The notes under the pieces are model-generated. The model worked only from the letters and a program-made list of their open reading frames with translations. It was not told the DNA's origin and did no database searches. Below are positions 7,371 to 16,946 of a stretch of DNA of 64,000 bases, in pieces. Within the stretch, counting starts at the first letter, position 1; every line of letters begins with the position of its first letter. Position numbers and translations under genes: made by a program. Source of the stretch: a virus; IMG/VR virus record IMGVR_UViG_3300035698_004130, positions 1 to 64,000 of that record; one strand, written 5' to 3'.

Positions 7371-7445
7371 AGGTCTATAATTCAACGGCTAGAATATGCG
7401 ACTTTTAATCGCTCAATCTGGGTTCGATTCCCAGTGGACCTACCA
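7371..7445 (+). tRNA. tRNA-Lys(TTT)
   Basis: AGGTCTA/TGGACCT, loop CTTTTAA, CCA. Confidence 0.92.
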
Positions 7446-7456
7446 CTTATACACTG

Positions 7457-7530
7457 GCTTCTTTAGCTCAATGATAGAGCCTTCCCCTTGTAAGGGAGAG
7501 ACGAGAGTTTGATTCTCTCAGGAAGCTCCA
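7457..7530 (+). tRNA. tRNA-Thr(TGT)
   Basis: GCTTCTT/AGGAAGC, TTCCC-CTTGTAA-GGGAG, CCA. Confidence 0.9.
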
Positions 7531-7568
7531 CTATCTGTTCTTTGAATTAAACGTATTTTTTTGTGTGT

Positions 7569-7658
7569 GGCAGTGTGGCGAAATTGGCTATACGCGCTAG
7601 CCTTAGAAGCTAGTGAGGGTAATTCCTCGTGCAGGTTCGAGTCCTGTCACTGCTACCA
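7569..7658 (+). tRNA. tRNA-Leu(TAG), long variable arm
   Basis: GGCAGTG/CACTGCT, CTAGC-CTTAGAA-GCTAG, CCA. Confidence 0.95.
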
Positions 7659-7664
7659 TTTGTT

Positions 7665-8408
7665 ATGCTTAGTAAATTACTAATCGCGCTTCTATTTGTT
7701 GGAACACTCGTAGCCCAACAACCACAATCCTTTACTGTAGCATCAGTCCAAGATGCACCTTTTGTTAACTGCACTTTGCTTGGTGATACCACCAGTGAAC
7801 TTGCTCGTTGCACAGGGTGTGGGGCTGGTACTCCTGAACAAAAGGATGATAGTGGAACTTTTCAAGATATGACTAAGAACTCTGATGGGACTTTCACTGC
7901 TGTTGGTATAATTGGATGGGAAAGCACTGCTGGAGGGGGTGCTCATCTTTACCTCAACAGAATCACTATTACCACAAAGGATGGTGCGTGTGAAGTAGAG
8001 GATGAAGGCTGTAAAACAAAGACACAATGTGAAGCAGTGCATGAACTTAACTTCATGATGTTTACTTCTACTCAGTTAGAAGCAATGGAATCACTCATTG
8101 TTACAATTTCGGGACAAACTGTTGTTGTTGGACTGAATGCCATTCCTACTTGGAATGGTGCATGGTGGGTATCTAACTATGTTATGGGTAGTGCAGTTGG
8201 GGGTGATTGTGGAGTTACTTACGCTGCCACTGTGTATGACCCTACCGCAATGGACCCTCATACAGCTAGCCATCAATCAATACCCCCTATAACGGGTGAT
8301 GTAGCTTTAGAGTTTCAATTTGAGTGTGTAGAATGCACTTATGAAGCTTATGACCAACCTACACACTCTCTACCTCTTGAGATGTGGTATCAAGCTAATT
8401 TTCACTAA
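7665..8408 (+). CDS. secreted Cys-rich protein
   Basis: start at 7665 gives signal peptide MLSKLLIALLFVGTLVA; several Cys including CxxC. Confidence 0.75.
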   Translation: MLSKLLIALLFVGTLVAQQPQSFTVASVQDAPFVNCTLLGDTTSELARCTGCGAGTPEQKDDSGTFQDMTKNSDGTFTAVGIIGWESTAGGGAHLYLNRITITTKDGACEVEDEGCKTKTQCEAVHELNFMMFTSTQLEAMESLIVTISGQTVVVGLNAIPTWNGAWWVSNYVMGSAVGGDCGVTYAATVYDPTAMDPHTASHQSIPPITGDVALEFQFECVECTYEAYDQPTHSLPLEMWYQANFH

Positions 8409-8438
8409 ATCTTCTGCCTAGCTTCGGCTAGGTAGTTC

Positions 8439-8515
8439 AGGCATCTAGCTTAATTGGATAGAGCGGCAGATTACGGATCCGTCAGATATAGGTTCAACTC
8501 CTATGGTGCCTACCA
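8439..8515 (+). tRNA. tRNA-Arg(ACG)
   Basis: AGGCATC/GGTGCCT, loop TTACGGA, CCA. Confidence 0.88.
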
Positions 8516-9063
8516 CATGTTAAACGAAGATTGGATGATGATTGAAGATATCACAATGATGGAAGTATTGTTCTTCTGTGGTTGTGACATGCCAGAGTAA
8601 TTATGACAAAGTTAAACGATAACGTAGGGGAAATTACCCTTAAAGAGTTTTATGCCATCACATCAATCATGAACCTAGTGAACTGTCACCCAGAAATTGT
8701 GGAAGTTTTTGAGCAAAAGGCCATGAAGACTTTGGTGTGTATGGTAGACAGGATTGACGGAGTATGACTAAGAAAGAAGCTTTAATAATGGTAGAGTATG
8801 ATGGTTGGACTATCGACTGTGATGGAAAGACTTATCGTTACAACCATAATGATGAAGATTACGGAGGTAAGGTCTTGGCAAAATTGCTTAAAGACCTTGG
8901 ACTCAAAGTAAAAGTAGAAGAGGCTTACTAACACAAGAAGGATTGCATCTCAGACTTAGTTGGAAAACACTTTTGAGGGGTTGTAATCGCAGACACTACT
9001 AATAGAAAGTGTTCCACCTTTGGCTCAGTGTATTGAGGATCTAAAAAGGATAGAAGCAAACAA

Positions 9064-9139
9064 GGACGATTAGCTCAGTTGGTAGAGCACCTCTTTTACA
9101 AGGAGGAAGTCGTAGGTTCGAGTCCTATATCGTCTACCA
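9064..9139 (+). tRNA. tRNA-Val(TAC)
   Basis: GGACGAT/ATCGTCT, CCTCT-TTTACAA-GGAGG, CCA. Confidence 0.94.
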
Positions 9140-9301
9140 TAACTACATATACATGTGGAGCTTACAAAAGAAGAGAGCCTGCGAATGGCTATTGACATCT
9201 TTTACTCAATTGAAAACTTTGAGAGATACGAGAACGACTTCCCAATAATCATACTGTTTCTAGTTGATTATTTGAGTTGGAGTTCTAAAGAACCAGAATA
9301 A

Positions 9302-9333
9302 TCCTTGGTAGCTCAGTTGGTTAGAGCACTTGC
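9302..9333 (+). pseudogene. isolated tRNA 5' half
   Basis: TCCTTGG TA GCTCAGTTGGTTAGAGC A CTTGC with no anticodon loop or T arm following. Confidence 0.65.
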
Positions 9334-9374
9334 AGGAATTATACCCTATTGTAACTAGAGGAGAAATTCTTAGC

Positions 9375-9698
9375 ATGATTCAAGCACAAACAAATAAAAC
9401 CCCCGATCCCACACCTACTATGCCATATTACGAAGTTCACATCACATTCCTAGGACCACTAAAAGGAACTCCACCAAGACCTTGGAAATACTCCCGGATT
9501 GACGGTGACCCTGTTCTTGGTAAAGGTATCAAAGATTACCTTACTAGACAGTATAAGGGAGGGACAGAAAAGATGCTCATGATTAACGACATTGAAATAG
9601 CTAGTAGGAGGCTTAAGAGTAGAGGCCATACTGTCCTACGAGAGAAGATTGATGATGTTATCTATGATACGAAGATTCTCCCTGAAAGCTTTTTTTAG
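9375..9698 (+). CDS. conserved phage hypothetical protein
   Basis: ORF track; YYEVHITF...REKIDDVIYDTK; start uncertain. Confidence 0.65.
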   Translation: MIQAQTNKTPDPTPTMPYYEVHITFLGPLKGTPPRPWKYSRIDGDPVLGKGIKDYLTRQYKGGTEKMLMINDIEIASRRLKSRGHTVLREKIDDVIYDTKILPESFF

Positions 9699-9718
9699 CT
9701 CTAACCCAATATAGTTCT

Positions 9719-9943
9719 ATGAGAAACGGAAACCACAAAGAAGGATGTGATGAGCAAACATTCACTTACTCAGGCTCAGAGTATAACAGAGTAAAAGTGT
9801 GTAGATGTGGTGCCGAGGATCATGCTCCCGACTTTACCCCAGAGCTTATTGCTAAGATGGAGAAGTCCAGACAGAATACCCTAAAGATCATCCAAGAGAT
9901 GGAAGACGAGAAAGTGAAAAATTTCAATAACTCTCACCTGTAA
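9719..9943 (+). CDS. small hypothetical protein (possible Zn binding)
   Basis: H..C...CRC. Confidence 0.55.
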   Translation: MRNGNHKEGCDEQTFTYSGSEYNRVKVCRCGAEDHAPDFTPELIAKMEKSRQNTLKIIQEMEDEKVKNFNNSHL

Positions 9944-9949
9944 ACATAT

Positions 9950-10037
9950 GCTAGTGTATCCAAGTCCGGTTCAAAGGATGGGGATTGTAAATCCTCCGGC
10001 TCTGCCTTCGTAGGTTAGAATCCTACCGCTAGCACCA
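9950..10037 (+). tRNA. tRNA-Tyr(GTA)
   Basis: GCTAGTG/CGCTAGC, GGGGA-TTGTAAA-TCCTC, long variable arm, CCA. Confidence 0.92.
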
Positions 10038-10042
10038 ATACT

Positions 10043-10076
10043 AAACCCTCTGAGAACTAACTCATAGGGTTTTTTT
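10043..10076 (+). terminator. intrinsic terminator at strand convergence
   Basis: AAACCCT.TGAG/CTCA.AGGGTTT hairpin plus T run. Confidence 0.8.
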
Positions 10077-10080
10077 ATAC

Positions 10081-12114
10081 CTACATGTTTTGGGTCTCAA
10101 CAACACACCACCACTCATCTTCCCAGGCGTTGTCAGGATCCTCTCCATTACTGAAGTATCTGGAACAAGCAATAGCTTTTTCCTTCATTGGACCGGCAGG
10201 AAGGAACTCAGCAGCAGCCATAACAGCAGCCTTAGTCCAACCATTGACTCCATCTCTCCCATACTCAATGTAAACATTATCCTTATGAAGTCCACCAGGG
10301 ATAGGTTCACCATCACGATACCATTGGTCTGACACAAACCACCAACCATCAGTAGCTTCAAAACATCCTTGATCCACAATAGTTGTAAACAATGTTAAAA
10401 GTGTGCTTTTGGTTAGTGGGGAAGGATTTGCTTTGTGAGCATTGTATAGTCCTACGAGTGCTATACCATGCTCCCATACGCTCCAGGTCGGTAGAAGGTT
10501 TCCTTGGGCGTCAAAGATGGGCTTACGACCGTCTGGACTATTGACTCCGATGACCTTAACTGGCCCTGGGTAGTTGAAGGTATTAAGACCATTCATTACT
10601 TCCCACTTGAGTTGTAGGTGTGCTTTAATATTTTCCTTGACCTCACCTTCATCAACAAGAGTTAAGAAGTTAGCGAGGCACCCAGCCATTCTTCCTTGTG
10701 CTCTAGCTGCACCCGATCCACGATACTTAAATCTATGAGAAGCCATGTCAGTGGTTGTAATATGATTTATAATATCCATGGCTAGTGGATCATCGCTTAG
10801 TTGTATGTATGCAGCTAAGTTGTTCTGGCTTCTATGTTGGTCATCGTAACCCAACCATAGATCTCCAAATGGATTCAACTCAGTCTTCCCTAATCTATCG
10901 GGACTGACTCCAGTGTGCCAATGTGTTCTACCACTCCATGTAACCCAGTTCGGATGACTCTCAAGTCTTAAGGGAACAGCCTTACCGTCAACAATATCGT
11001 AGTGCATGAAACCTCTGTAGACATCATTATACACTGAGTGTTGATAAAGCTGGATATGCCTTGGATCTTTTGTCCTCACAGCATAGATTCCCTTAGTGGC
11101 TCCAAAGTCTTCTTGGTCACCTGTTGTTCCAGGGTTGTTCTGAATACCAACCATAGTAAGTGCTCCCCAGCCTTCAGTGGTTGCCATCTTATTCTTGAAC
11201 CGTTGCCATTCAGTAGCACTATCACTAAACATTTGGGAGGTATCAGACCTACGAGGGATCCACTTGTTTGCTAGCCATTCTCCATTCCAGGCATGGCATA
11301 CTCCATTCACTGGGCCTTGCAATGCGGCTAGTAGGGAGTTGAAATCCTTGCCATCCTCGTCTTCCTCGGGGTCTACGGGCGTTCCTGCTGGCCCAACAAA
11401 AGCTAAGAGTGATCCAGCAAGGGGGATTCCTCCACCGTCTCGCACTTCAATGTTTGAGCCTAAAAGAAGTTCCCACTTGTTACCAACCCTATGGGGTGTG
11501 GCAGCACCTACATTCTTAGCAAAGTCTAGAACAGGGAACTCACCACATCTTAGTAGTAAGTGTCCGAATCGCTTAGACTCGTTAGGATCGTTCCTATCAG
11601 ACCACACAATCTTACCCCAGAATTGGATAACAGGGTCATCATGGTTAATGTCAGCCCACCATTCAAAGACCACACCACCGGGCAGAACCTTGCGTAGGAA
11701 CCATCTCTGGTGGACAGATGATTCTTCAACCATCTTAATCTCCTCCATATCCGCATTGGAACTCCATAGGATAGAGCTTGCTGGAGCACCATGCTCAACA
11801 ACGCCAATGTCTGGGATAGTGGCTAAGATATCGTCAGCAACCCACTTATGATACTTGTAGGGGACGTTAGCCGTTACATGAGCTTCAGGGATGAGGCTTC
11901 CCTTGAGTCTTTCACTACCTTCCATATTAGTGAATACTCTAAACACATCAGTGTTTACTCCTCGGCTCCCAGTTCGAACAGCGCGAAACTTAAACCCTGC
12001 ATCAGCCTCGAAGGTTGATTCATTAGGGAAATTCGCTGCTTTGTCCGATGGGAACGTAACAATAGCGGTCTTGTCTCTAGACCCAGGTGATAGATTTGTA
12101 ATAGTGGCACGCAT
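10081..12114 (-). CDS. large hypothetical protein, possibly glycan-active or virion-associated
   Basis: 677 aa, Trp/Gly/Asp-rich; TAGATA late-like motif upstream. Confidence 0.8.
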   Translation of the reverse strand: MRATITNLSPGSRDKTAIVTFPSDKAANFPNESTFEADAGFKFRAVRTGSRGVNTDVFRVFTNMEGSERLKGSLIPEAHVTANVPYKYHKWVADDILATIPDIGVVEHGAPASSILWSSNADMEEIKMVEESSVHQRWFLRKVLPGGVVFEWWADINHDDPVIQFWGKIVWSDRNDPNESKRFGHLLLRCGEFPVLDFAKNVGAATPHRVGNKWELLLGSNIEVRDGGGIPLAGSLLAFVGPAGTPVDPEEDEDGKDFNSLLAALQGPVNGVCHAWNGEWLANKWIPRRSDTSQMFSDSATEWQRFKNKMATTEGWGALTMVGIQNNPGTTGDQEDFGATKGIYAVRTKDPRHIQLYQHSVYNDVYRGFMHYDIVDGKAVPLRLESHPNWVTWSGRTHWHTGVSPDRLGKTELNPFGDLWLGYDDQHRSQNNLAAYIQLSDDPLAMDIINHITTTDMASHRFKYRGSGAARAQGRMAGCLANFLTLVDEGEVKENIKAHLQLKWEVMNGLNTFNYPGPVKVIGVNSPDGRKPIFDAQGNLLPTWSVWEHGIALVGLYNAHKANPSPLTKSTLLTLFTTIVDQGCFEATDGWWFVSDQWYRDGEPIPGGLHKDNVYIEYGRDGVNGWTKAAVMAAAEFLPAGPMKEKAIACSRYFSNGEDPDNAWEDEWWCVVETQNM

Positions 12115-12161
12115 ACAACTATCTATCTATTTCACTACCAGTTGATTGTTAAACAGGCAGG

Positions 12162-12380
12162 TTAATTTCGGTAGGAGGGTTGATCTTTTACAGAATAACC
12201 CTTCCCCACCAAGTAGGATCTGAACAATGAATGGGAACATCCCTTTGGGTATTCAAGGGTAAGTGTCCTCTTACCTTGTGAAGCCGCAACTTTAAGCATT
12301 GGAGTAATAATCTTCATTGCATACCCTGTATTATACTCAACTGCGAATACGGTTAAATCCCGTAGCTCTTGAGCGTTCAT
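12162..12380 (-). CDS. hypothetical protein
   Basis: ORF track; ATGA coupling. Confidence 0.55.
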   Translation of the reverse strand: MNAQELRDLTVFAVEYNTGYAMKIITPMLKVAASQGKRTLTLEYPKGCSHSLFRSYLVGKGYSVKDQPSYRN

Positions 12381-12574
12381 CGTGTGCCCCTATCAACCAG
12401 GAAGCAAATTCCCATTACTAGGATAACACCCCCTGGAATGACAGTTACAATAATTGCTACCCAGATAGGTGCCCAGATCCAAGCAATAGTAAGGCCAACA
12501 GCAAGGATAACTCCAATACTAAGAACCAAACAGCCAATTAGGCTAACTACCGCATCTCCAATTTTATTATACAT
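12377..12574 (-). CDS. small two-helix membrane protein
   Basis: hydrophobic stretches. Confidence 0.6.
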   Translation of the reverse strand: MYNKIGDAVVSLIGCLVLSIGVILAVGLTIAWIWAPIWVAIIVTVIPGGVILVMGICFLVDRGTR

Positions 12575-12639
12575 AATGTTACCAACCATTTTCTTCAGAA
12601 AGAATATACACTTGTTGCTGATCTACAAACTTACCGTCA

Positions 12640-12741
12640 TTAATAGGCTTGGTCTGCATCCTTAGGGTATTGTTTGTAATGCGAAATCTTATAGCTATCG
12701 GTCAGGAGAATGATGTTATCAAGCAGCGCGACGTTGTTCAT
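12640..12741 (-). pseudogene. nadV: N-terminal stub of nicotinamide phosphoribosyltransferase (NadV/NAMPT)
   Basis: MNNVALLDNIILLTDSYKISHYKQYPKDADQAY*; TDSYKxSHxxQYP is the NAMPT N-terminal signature. Confidence 0.8.
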
Positions 12742-12746
12742 AGTAA

Positions 12747-13676
12747 TTACCCCTTTTCAAGGTGGGTATTCAACATTCTGAGGATATCGTGATGACCTAG
12801 GCAAACCATATCCTCGGTTAGCTCATCTAGGTTAAAGTATTTAGCTTCCGCAAGGTCGTCTCCAGCAGTAGGAATACCGAATGTGGATGTGGTTAGGAAG
12901 AAAGCAGTCATTAGCGTATCAACTTCCTTTCGGTAGCGCCAATCATTAATTAGGGTAGATCCAATGAACTTGAAGTCTTGGTATTCCAAGTCTCCTACCT
13001 CTTCAGTGGCTTCCCTCTTTGCAGCTTCTTCAAGTGACGTATCCGCCTTCGGATCCACGAACCCTCCGGGAAATCTCCACCTGTCAAGCGGGTCAGTTTT
13101 CTTTCTGCCCAATACCAGCTTCTTACCAGTGTTGTCCAGAATCGCGATATCAACTGTTTGAAGGATCGCTGGATGTTTGTTAAATGCCGCATAGATTACT
13201 CCTCTTCGGAACTCTGAATGCTGGCGAACCTCGTCTGATACAGCCTTCCTTACATCTGTTCCCGAAAGTGTATTGCTATCTTGTAGCTCTACAGTTTCAT
13301 ACTTTCCATGGTAGTGAGGGATAAAGGAATCCCTTGAACCATAGATGTTAGCCGATACATGGTCACCAAAGGTTTCCACAATCTTATTATCGACTTGCTC
13401 AGACCAATCATAGTCCGATGGCATATCTTGTAATGGAAGAATAGTTAGCTTATGGTGGAACTCTTCTTTCAGCATCAACTTACGTGTTGCGAAATCCAGT
13501 GGGTTATTACGGGTAACCAGGACACCGGGAGTAGATCCCACGAGCACTAAAACTTTCCTATGGCGCTCTAAGATGCTGTAGATAAGATCGATGTGTCCGG
13601 CATGGAGATCAGATACTTGAAATCTTCCAATGATGACTCCAACCTCTGCTTTTTGTTCTGTTCGGTGTAGCATCAC
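12747..13676 (-). CDS. nadM: bifunctional NMN adenylyltransferase / Nudix ADP-ribose pyrophosphatase
   Basis: IGRFQ..LHAGH, SGTDVR, Nudix box PGGFVD...AAKREATEEVG. Confidence 0.92.
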   Translation of the reverse strand: MMLHRTEQKAEVGVIIGRFQVSDLHAGHIDLIYSILERHRKVLVLVGSTPGVLVTRNNPLDFATRKLMLKEEFHHKLTILPLQDMPSDYDWSEQVDNKIVETFGDHVSANIYGSRDSFIPHYHGKYETVELQDSNTLSGTDVRKAVSDEVRQHSEFRRGVIYAAFNKHPAILQTVDIAILDNTGKKLVLGRKKTDPLDRWRFPGGFVDPKADTSLEEAAKREATEEVGDLEYQDFKFIGSTLINDWRYRKEVDTLMTAFFLTTSTFGIPTAGDDLAEAKYFNLDELTEDMVCLGHHDILRMLNTHLEKG

Positions 13677-13912
13677 TTAGTTCCCCAAGCCCAATAGGTT
13701 TCTATACTATCCATAGCTTCTGCATATGATGTAATTGAATTACAAAGGAAATTCGATACAGGTAGTTTGTAATTTTTAATTACTACCCAAAGTAAACATT
13801 CGATAGAAAATGCTACAATTAGAGTTACAAGAGTTAAAACAATCCTAAAAGGGTATAAAACTGTTACAACTCCTAAGGGTAAGAACTAACAATAGTCTCC
13901 TAAAGATATACA

Positions 13913-14164
13913 TTAGGCTAACAGCTTTCCCTTGATACACTTACGTTCAATAACTGTGTTTCTGCCATACCCATTAAGAAATGGTAGGTCACCAGGATTG
14001 ATAGTTACACAAGGATATGCATCCGAGGATCCCCCGTAGAAACCAGAAGCATCCTCCAAGAGGATGTAGGTGCTACCATGAAGTTCAAAGATTGTTCCCG
14101 GTGGGAGAGATCCAACAGTAACAGTTGTTTGGTCACAGGAGAATTCGATTCTTACGTTACCCAT
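13913..14164 (-). CDS. small protein, probable paralog family A
   Basis: VTVGSLPPGTIFE motif. Confidence 0.6.
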   Translation of the reverse strand: MGNVRIEFSCDQTTVTVGSLPPGTIFELHGSTYILLEDASGFYGGSSDAYPCVTINPGDLPFLNGYGRNTVIERKCIKGKLLA

Positions 14165-14337
14165 CTTTATTTGGTCCTAATGTTTTTTCTAGTTGTTGTC
14201 TAGCCCACTTAGTAGCTAGGGGCTCAAGGTCTTTGTCTGTCAGCTTTACGTCTCTCACCTTCTTTCCAAAGATGGAGTCGTAGTTTTTAGAGAACTTGTC
14301 CTTATTCCCAGGACGTTTTTTTGATCCTTTACTCATA

Positions 14338-14874
14338 TTAACATGAACAGGAGAAGAATGATCCCCTATCCATTTCTATAACAACGGTGTTTGTAACAAC
14401 CTCGTAGTGATCCCAAAACTCATCTGGAAGAGTCACCCCTTCGAACTGCCCACCTCTGCTAAAGTAGTCCTCACTGCGGATCCAATCCATTGCAGCATCC
14501 AATAGCTCTTGAGTCCCTACTCCAATCCCAGCAGCGTATAGGGAGATCCAATCTTTTGATAGTGTCTTATCAATTGGAACATTATCAAAATCAGGATGCT
14601 CCCATACATGGCGAAGAGATGTGATCTTCCTTGGGTAGATGATTAGCCAGAAGTGAGAACCCTCAAGAACAGGTGCCTTTAGGAAAGGATCTACAATTCC
14701 AACAGGTGTATCATCAGTGCAATCTAGTCCGATGTCCTGTCCAGGGTAGAGCTTCTTAGTAGCTTTCATAGGAAGGACTGCAAGATGGATAGCATCCCTT
14801 TCTTGCTTATCATCAATGATAGTTCCAAGAGTTGCTAAAGCATCTGTGGAAACCTTATGCGTATTACTCGTCAT
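14338..14874 (-). CDS. conserved phage hypothetical protein
   Basis: RDAIHLAV..PVGIVDPFL..ITSLRHVWEHP, C-terminal FSCSC. Confidence 0.75.
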   Translation of the reverse strand: MTSNTHKVSTDALATLGTIIDDKQERDAIHLAVLPMKATKKLYPGQDIGLDCTDDTPVGIVDPFLKAPVLEGSHFWLIIYPRKITSLRHVWEHPDFDNVPIDKTLSKDWISLYAAGIGVGTQELLDAAMDWIRSEDYFSRGGQFEGVTLPDEFWDHYEVVTNTVVIEMDRGSFFSCSC

Positions 14875-15169
14875 TGTGCTTCACTTCCTCGAAGTAGCTT
14901 TCCTTGACTCGCTTTACAGCAGTTAGGAGAGTTTCCCCATTTCTAGGCTCGATAACTTCTTCAATTTCCATAAACCTTGCGTAAAAACCACCTCTTGCGT
15001 GATAGCTACCACAATTACATGCAGCAGTGTCACACCTAACGTAACCCTCACCTGTAATGAAAGACTTAAGAGTATTGATAACACTTAGAAGTTCCACATT
15101 ACTCATAGGAAACCTATAAGAATCTACAACCTCTTCCTTTTCCCTGTCATACTCATAGTGATCGATCAT
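14864..15169 (-). CDS. hypothetical protein
   Basis: ORF track; CDTAACNCGSYH motif. Confidence 0.65.
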   Translation of the reverse strand: MIDHYEYDREKEEVVDSYRFPMSNVELLSVINTLKSFITGEGYVRCDTAACNCGSYHARGGFYARFMEIEEVIEPRNGETLLTAVKRVKESYFEEVKHNDE

Positions 15170-15495
15170 TGAATTCCACCAGCCATCAACTTAGCCCTGT
15201 TAACCTTAGTTAGAAGTGTTCCAAAAGGTTCATTAATAGCATAGACTACTTCCTGGGGAAACCCATTAAGATTACCTGAAACCAAGCTTGTAGTCAACTT
15301 AATCATGGTAACACCTTCCAAGTCTATTGCAATCTCGGTCCCACGTTCTCTAGCATTCTTCTTAAACAATAGTTCATAGTGTTGAATCTGTCTGGGGGAT
15401 AGAGCTTGCACATGGTAAGCTAGGGATAAATCAAGTGCAATGGATTGGGAGGTTCCATCATGCTCAACAACTTCAACTTTGTCTAGGATATTCAT
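15166..15495 (-). CDS. hypothetical protein
   Basis: ORF track; ATGA coupling. Confidence 0.65.
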   Translation of the reverse strand: MNILDKVEVVEHDGTSQSIALDLSLAYHVQALSPRQIQHYELLFKKNARERGTEIAIDLEGVTMIKLTTSLVSGNLNGFPQEVVYAINEPFGTLLTKVNRAKLMAGGIQ

Positions 15496-15646
15496 TAATC
15501 ACACATCCTCAGTATTGCCATATTAGATGGGATAGTTGTAACGTCCTTCATGGTAATAAAGGAGTTCAGTGTGTTGCTGCTGAAAGGTTACCCAAGCTTG
15601 GGTAATCTGTAGTCTAAGTTCTTCATTCATAATTTCTTCCAGTAAG

Positions 15647-15754
15647 TGGTGGCGTTGGAAGGAGTTGCACCTTCATCTCTCCCTGCTCTAAGGTAAATTA
15701 GGCCGCTGACGGTGCATATTGGGAGCATTTTACTTTTATCTTCACTACAACGCC
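15647..15754 (-). ncRNA. tRNA-like RNA with branched 37-nt anticodon-loop insertion
   Basis: GGCGTTG/CAACGCC-A-CCA, CTCCC/GGGAG, T arm GAAGG TGCAACT CCTTC. Confidence 0.7.
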
Positions 15755-15869
15755 GTAAGAGTAATTCTTATAGATCTAGTTCATCCCAATACAGTATGAT
15801 TAGGAATAGTAAAATTGGTAGGGTTAGGATACCTATACCAATTGTTAGTTTTATGATATCCAAAGGTAA

Positions 15870-15956
15870 TGGTTCTTCCTGTGGGAATTGAACCCCGGAC
15901 TACCTCCCACTCATTAATGTCAGTGAGATATAAGCTCACCTGTGGGGTCAGAAAGG
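15870..15956 (-). ncRNA. atypical tRNA-like RNA with TAT anticodon arm and no canonical D arm
   Basis: GTGAG-CTTATAT-CTCAC, T loop TTCAATT, 3' ACCA. Confidence 0.6.
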
Positions 15957-16071
15957 GTATTAAAGGTATTCCTTAAGGTTCCTGGGCTTTGGTGGCAATC
16001 TTCACGATGCTCTCAAGTGTGGGATAACTCATGCCCGTATTATAGCAAGCTGGGTGAGGATTTGGAGGTCC

Positions 16072-16773
16072 TTAACCGAAAATCGCTAAACTTTCTAACC
16101 CATCCCTAGTAACGACAAACGTCATCTCATTGCTAGTGAGCTTCAATCCCTTGATAGTCTCAAAGGTCAGTGTTACGTCTCTATGGGGATAAGAAAGTTT
16201 CCTGAGCCGCTTAACGGCTGTTGTAATCTTAAGCTTATTGTCCCGCATGAACATCTCATTACACAGATGGGAATAATCGATTATCTTCACATTGCCATCC
16301 CTACAAACCCTCATATTCTCATCATGGAAATCACACATTGAATCTTTGTGGGAAAGCTTAAAGTAGCTGAAGTTAGACTCTAAAGCATTTCTCAGCCTAA
16401 TCCAATTCATGTCACTCATGAAGCAGGTCTGCTCAGGTAACTTTCGCGGAATAAACTCCTGCCCCATTACGTATCCATTACGACTGATTCCAGTGGTATG
16501 TGCGAATAGGCTTGAAAAGGGTGTATCCCTTAGGTAGAGTGAACTAGCTACCTCTCCCTTATTGTGGACGGGAAAGCCCACTTTGATAACTTCTCTTGAG
16601 TATGGTTGTTTGAATACGCAACGTGTTGATCCTTGGTCGGATACAAGCTTTAGGTTGAACTTTCCCATAAGCGAATCTTGGAAGGTCCAGTGTAGGTCGC
16701 ATTTACACTTATTCTCAATGAAGAAGGCATCAATCTCATCTAAGAGATTAGGATTCTTTCTTAGTATCTCCAA
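16072..16773 (-). CDS. protein kinase-like (PKL fold) protein
   Basis: GSTRCVF, VIKV, DFHDENM catalytic loop, KIIDYS. Confidence 0.75.
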   Translation of the reverse strand: MEILRKNPNLLDEIDAFFIENKCKCDLHWTFQDSLMGKFNLKLVSDQGSTRCVFKQPYSREVIKVGFPVHNKGEVASSLYLRDTPFSSLFAHTTGISRNGYVMGQEFIPRKLPEQTCFMSDMNWIRLRNALESNFSYFKLSHKDSMCDFHDENMRVCRDGNVKIIDYSHLCNEMFMRDNKLKITTAVKRLRKLSYPHRDVTLTFETIKGLKLTSNEMTFVVTRDGLESLAIFG

Positions 16774-16946
16774 AGTGTTCCTTTCTTAATCTGTGAGTCA
16801 TTAACTCCATCTGTAACATATCAAATGGGTTGTATTCAGGATCTAAGCTAGTTCCCTTAATGTATTTGCTCACTTCATACTTATCATGCTCTTCAGGATC
16901 ATCACCTAGACTTGCCTGCACACATGAGTTTAGGAATATTTCTCGT

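Noticed and set aside
11177-11851. 224-aa plus-strand ORF and similar antisense ORFs throughout
   Set aside because: Shadow frames of well-supported minus-strand genes
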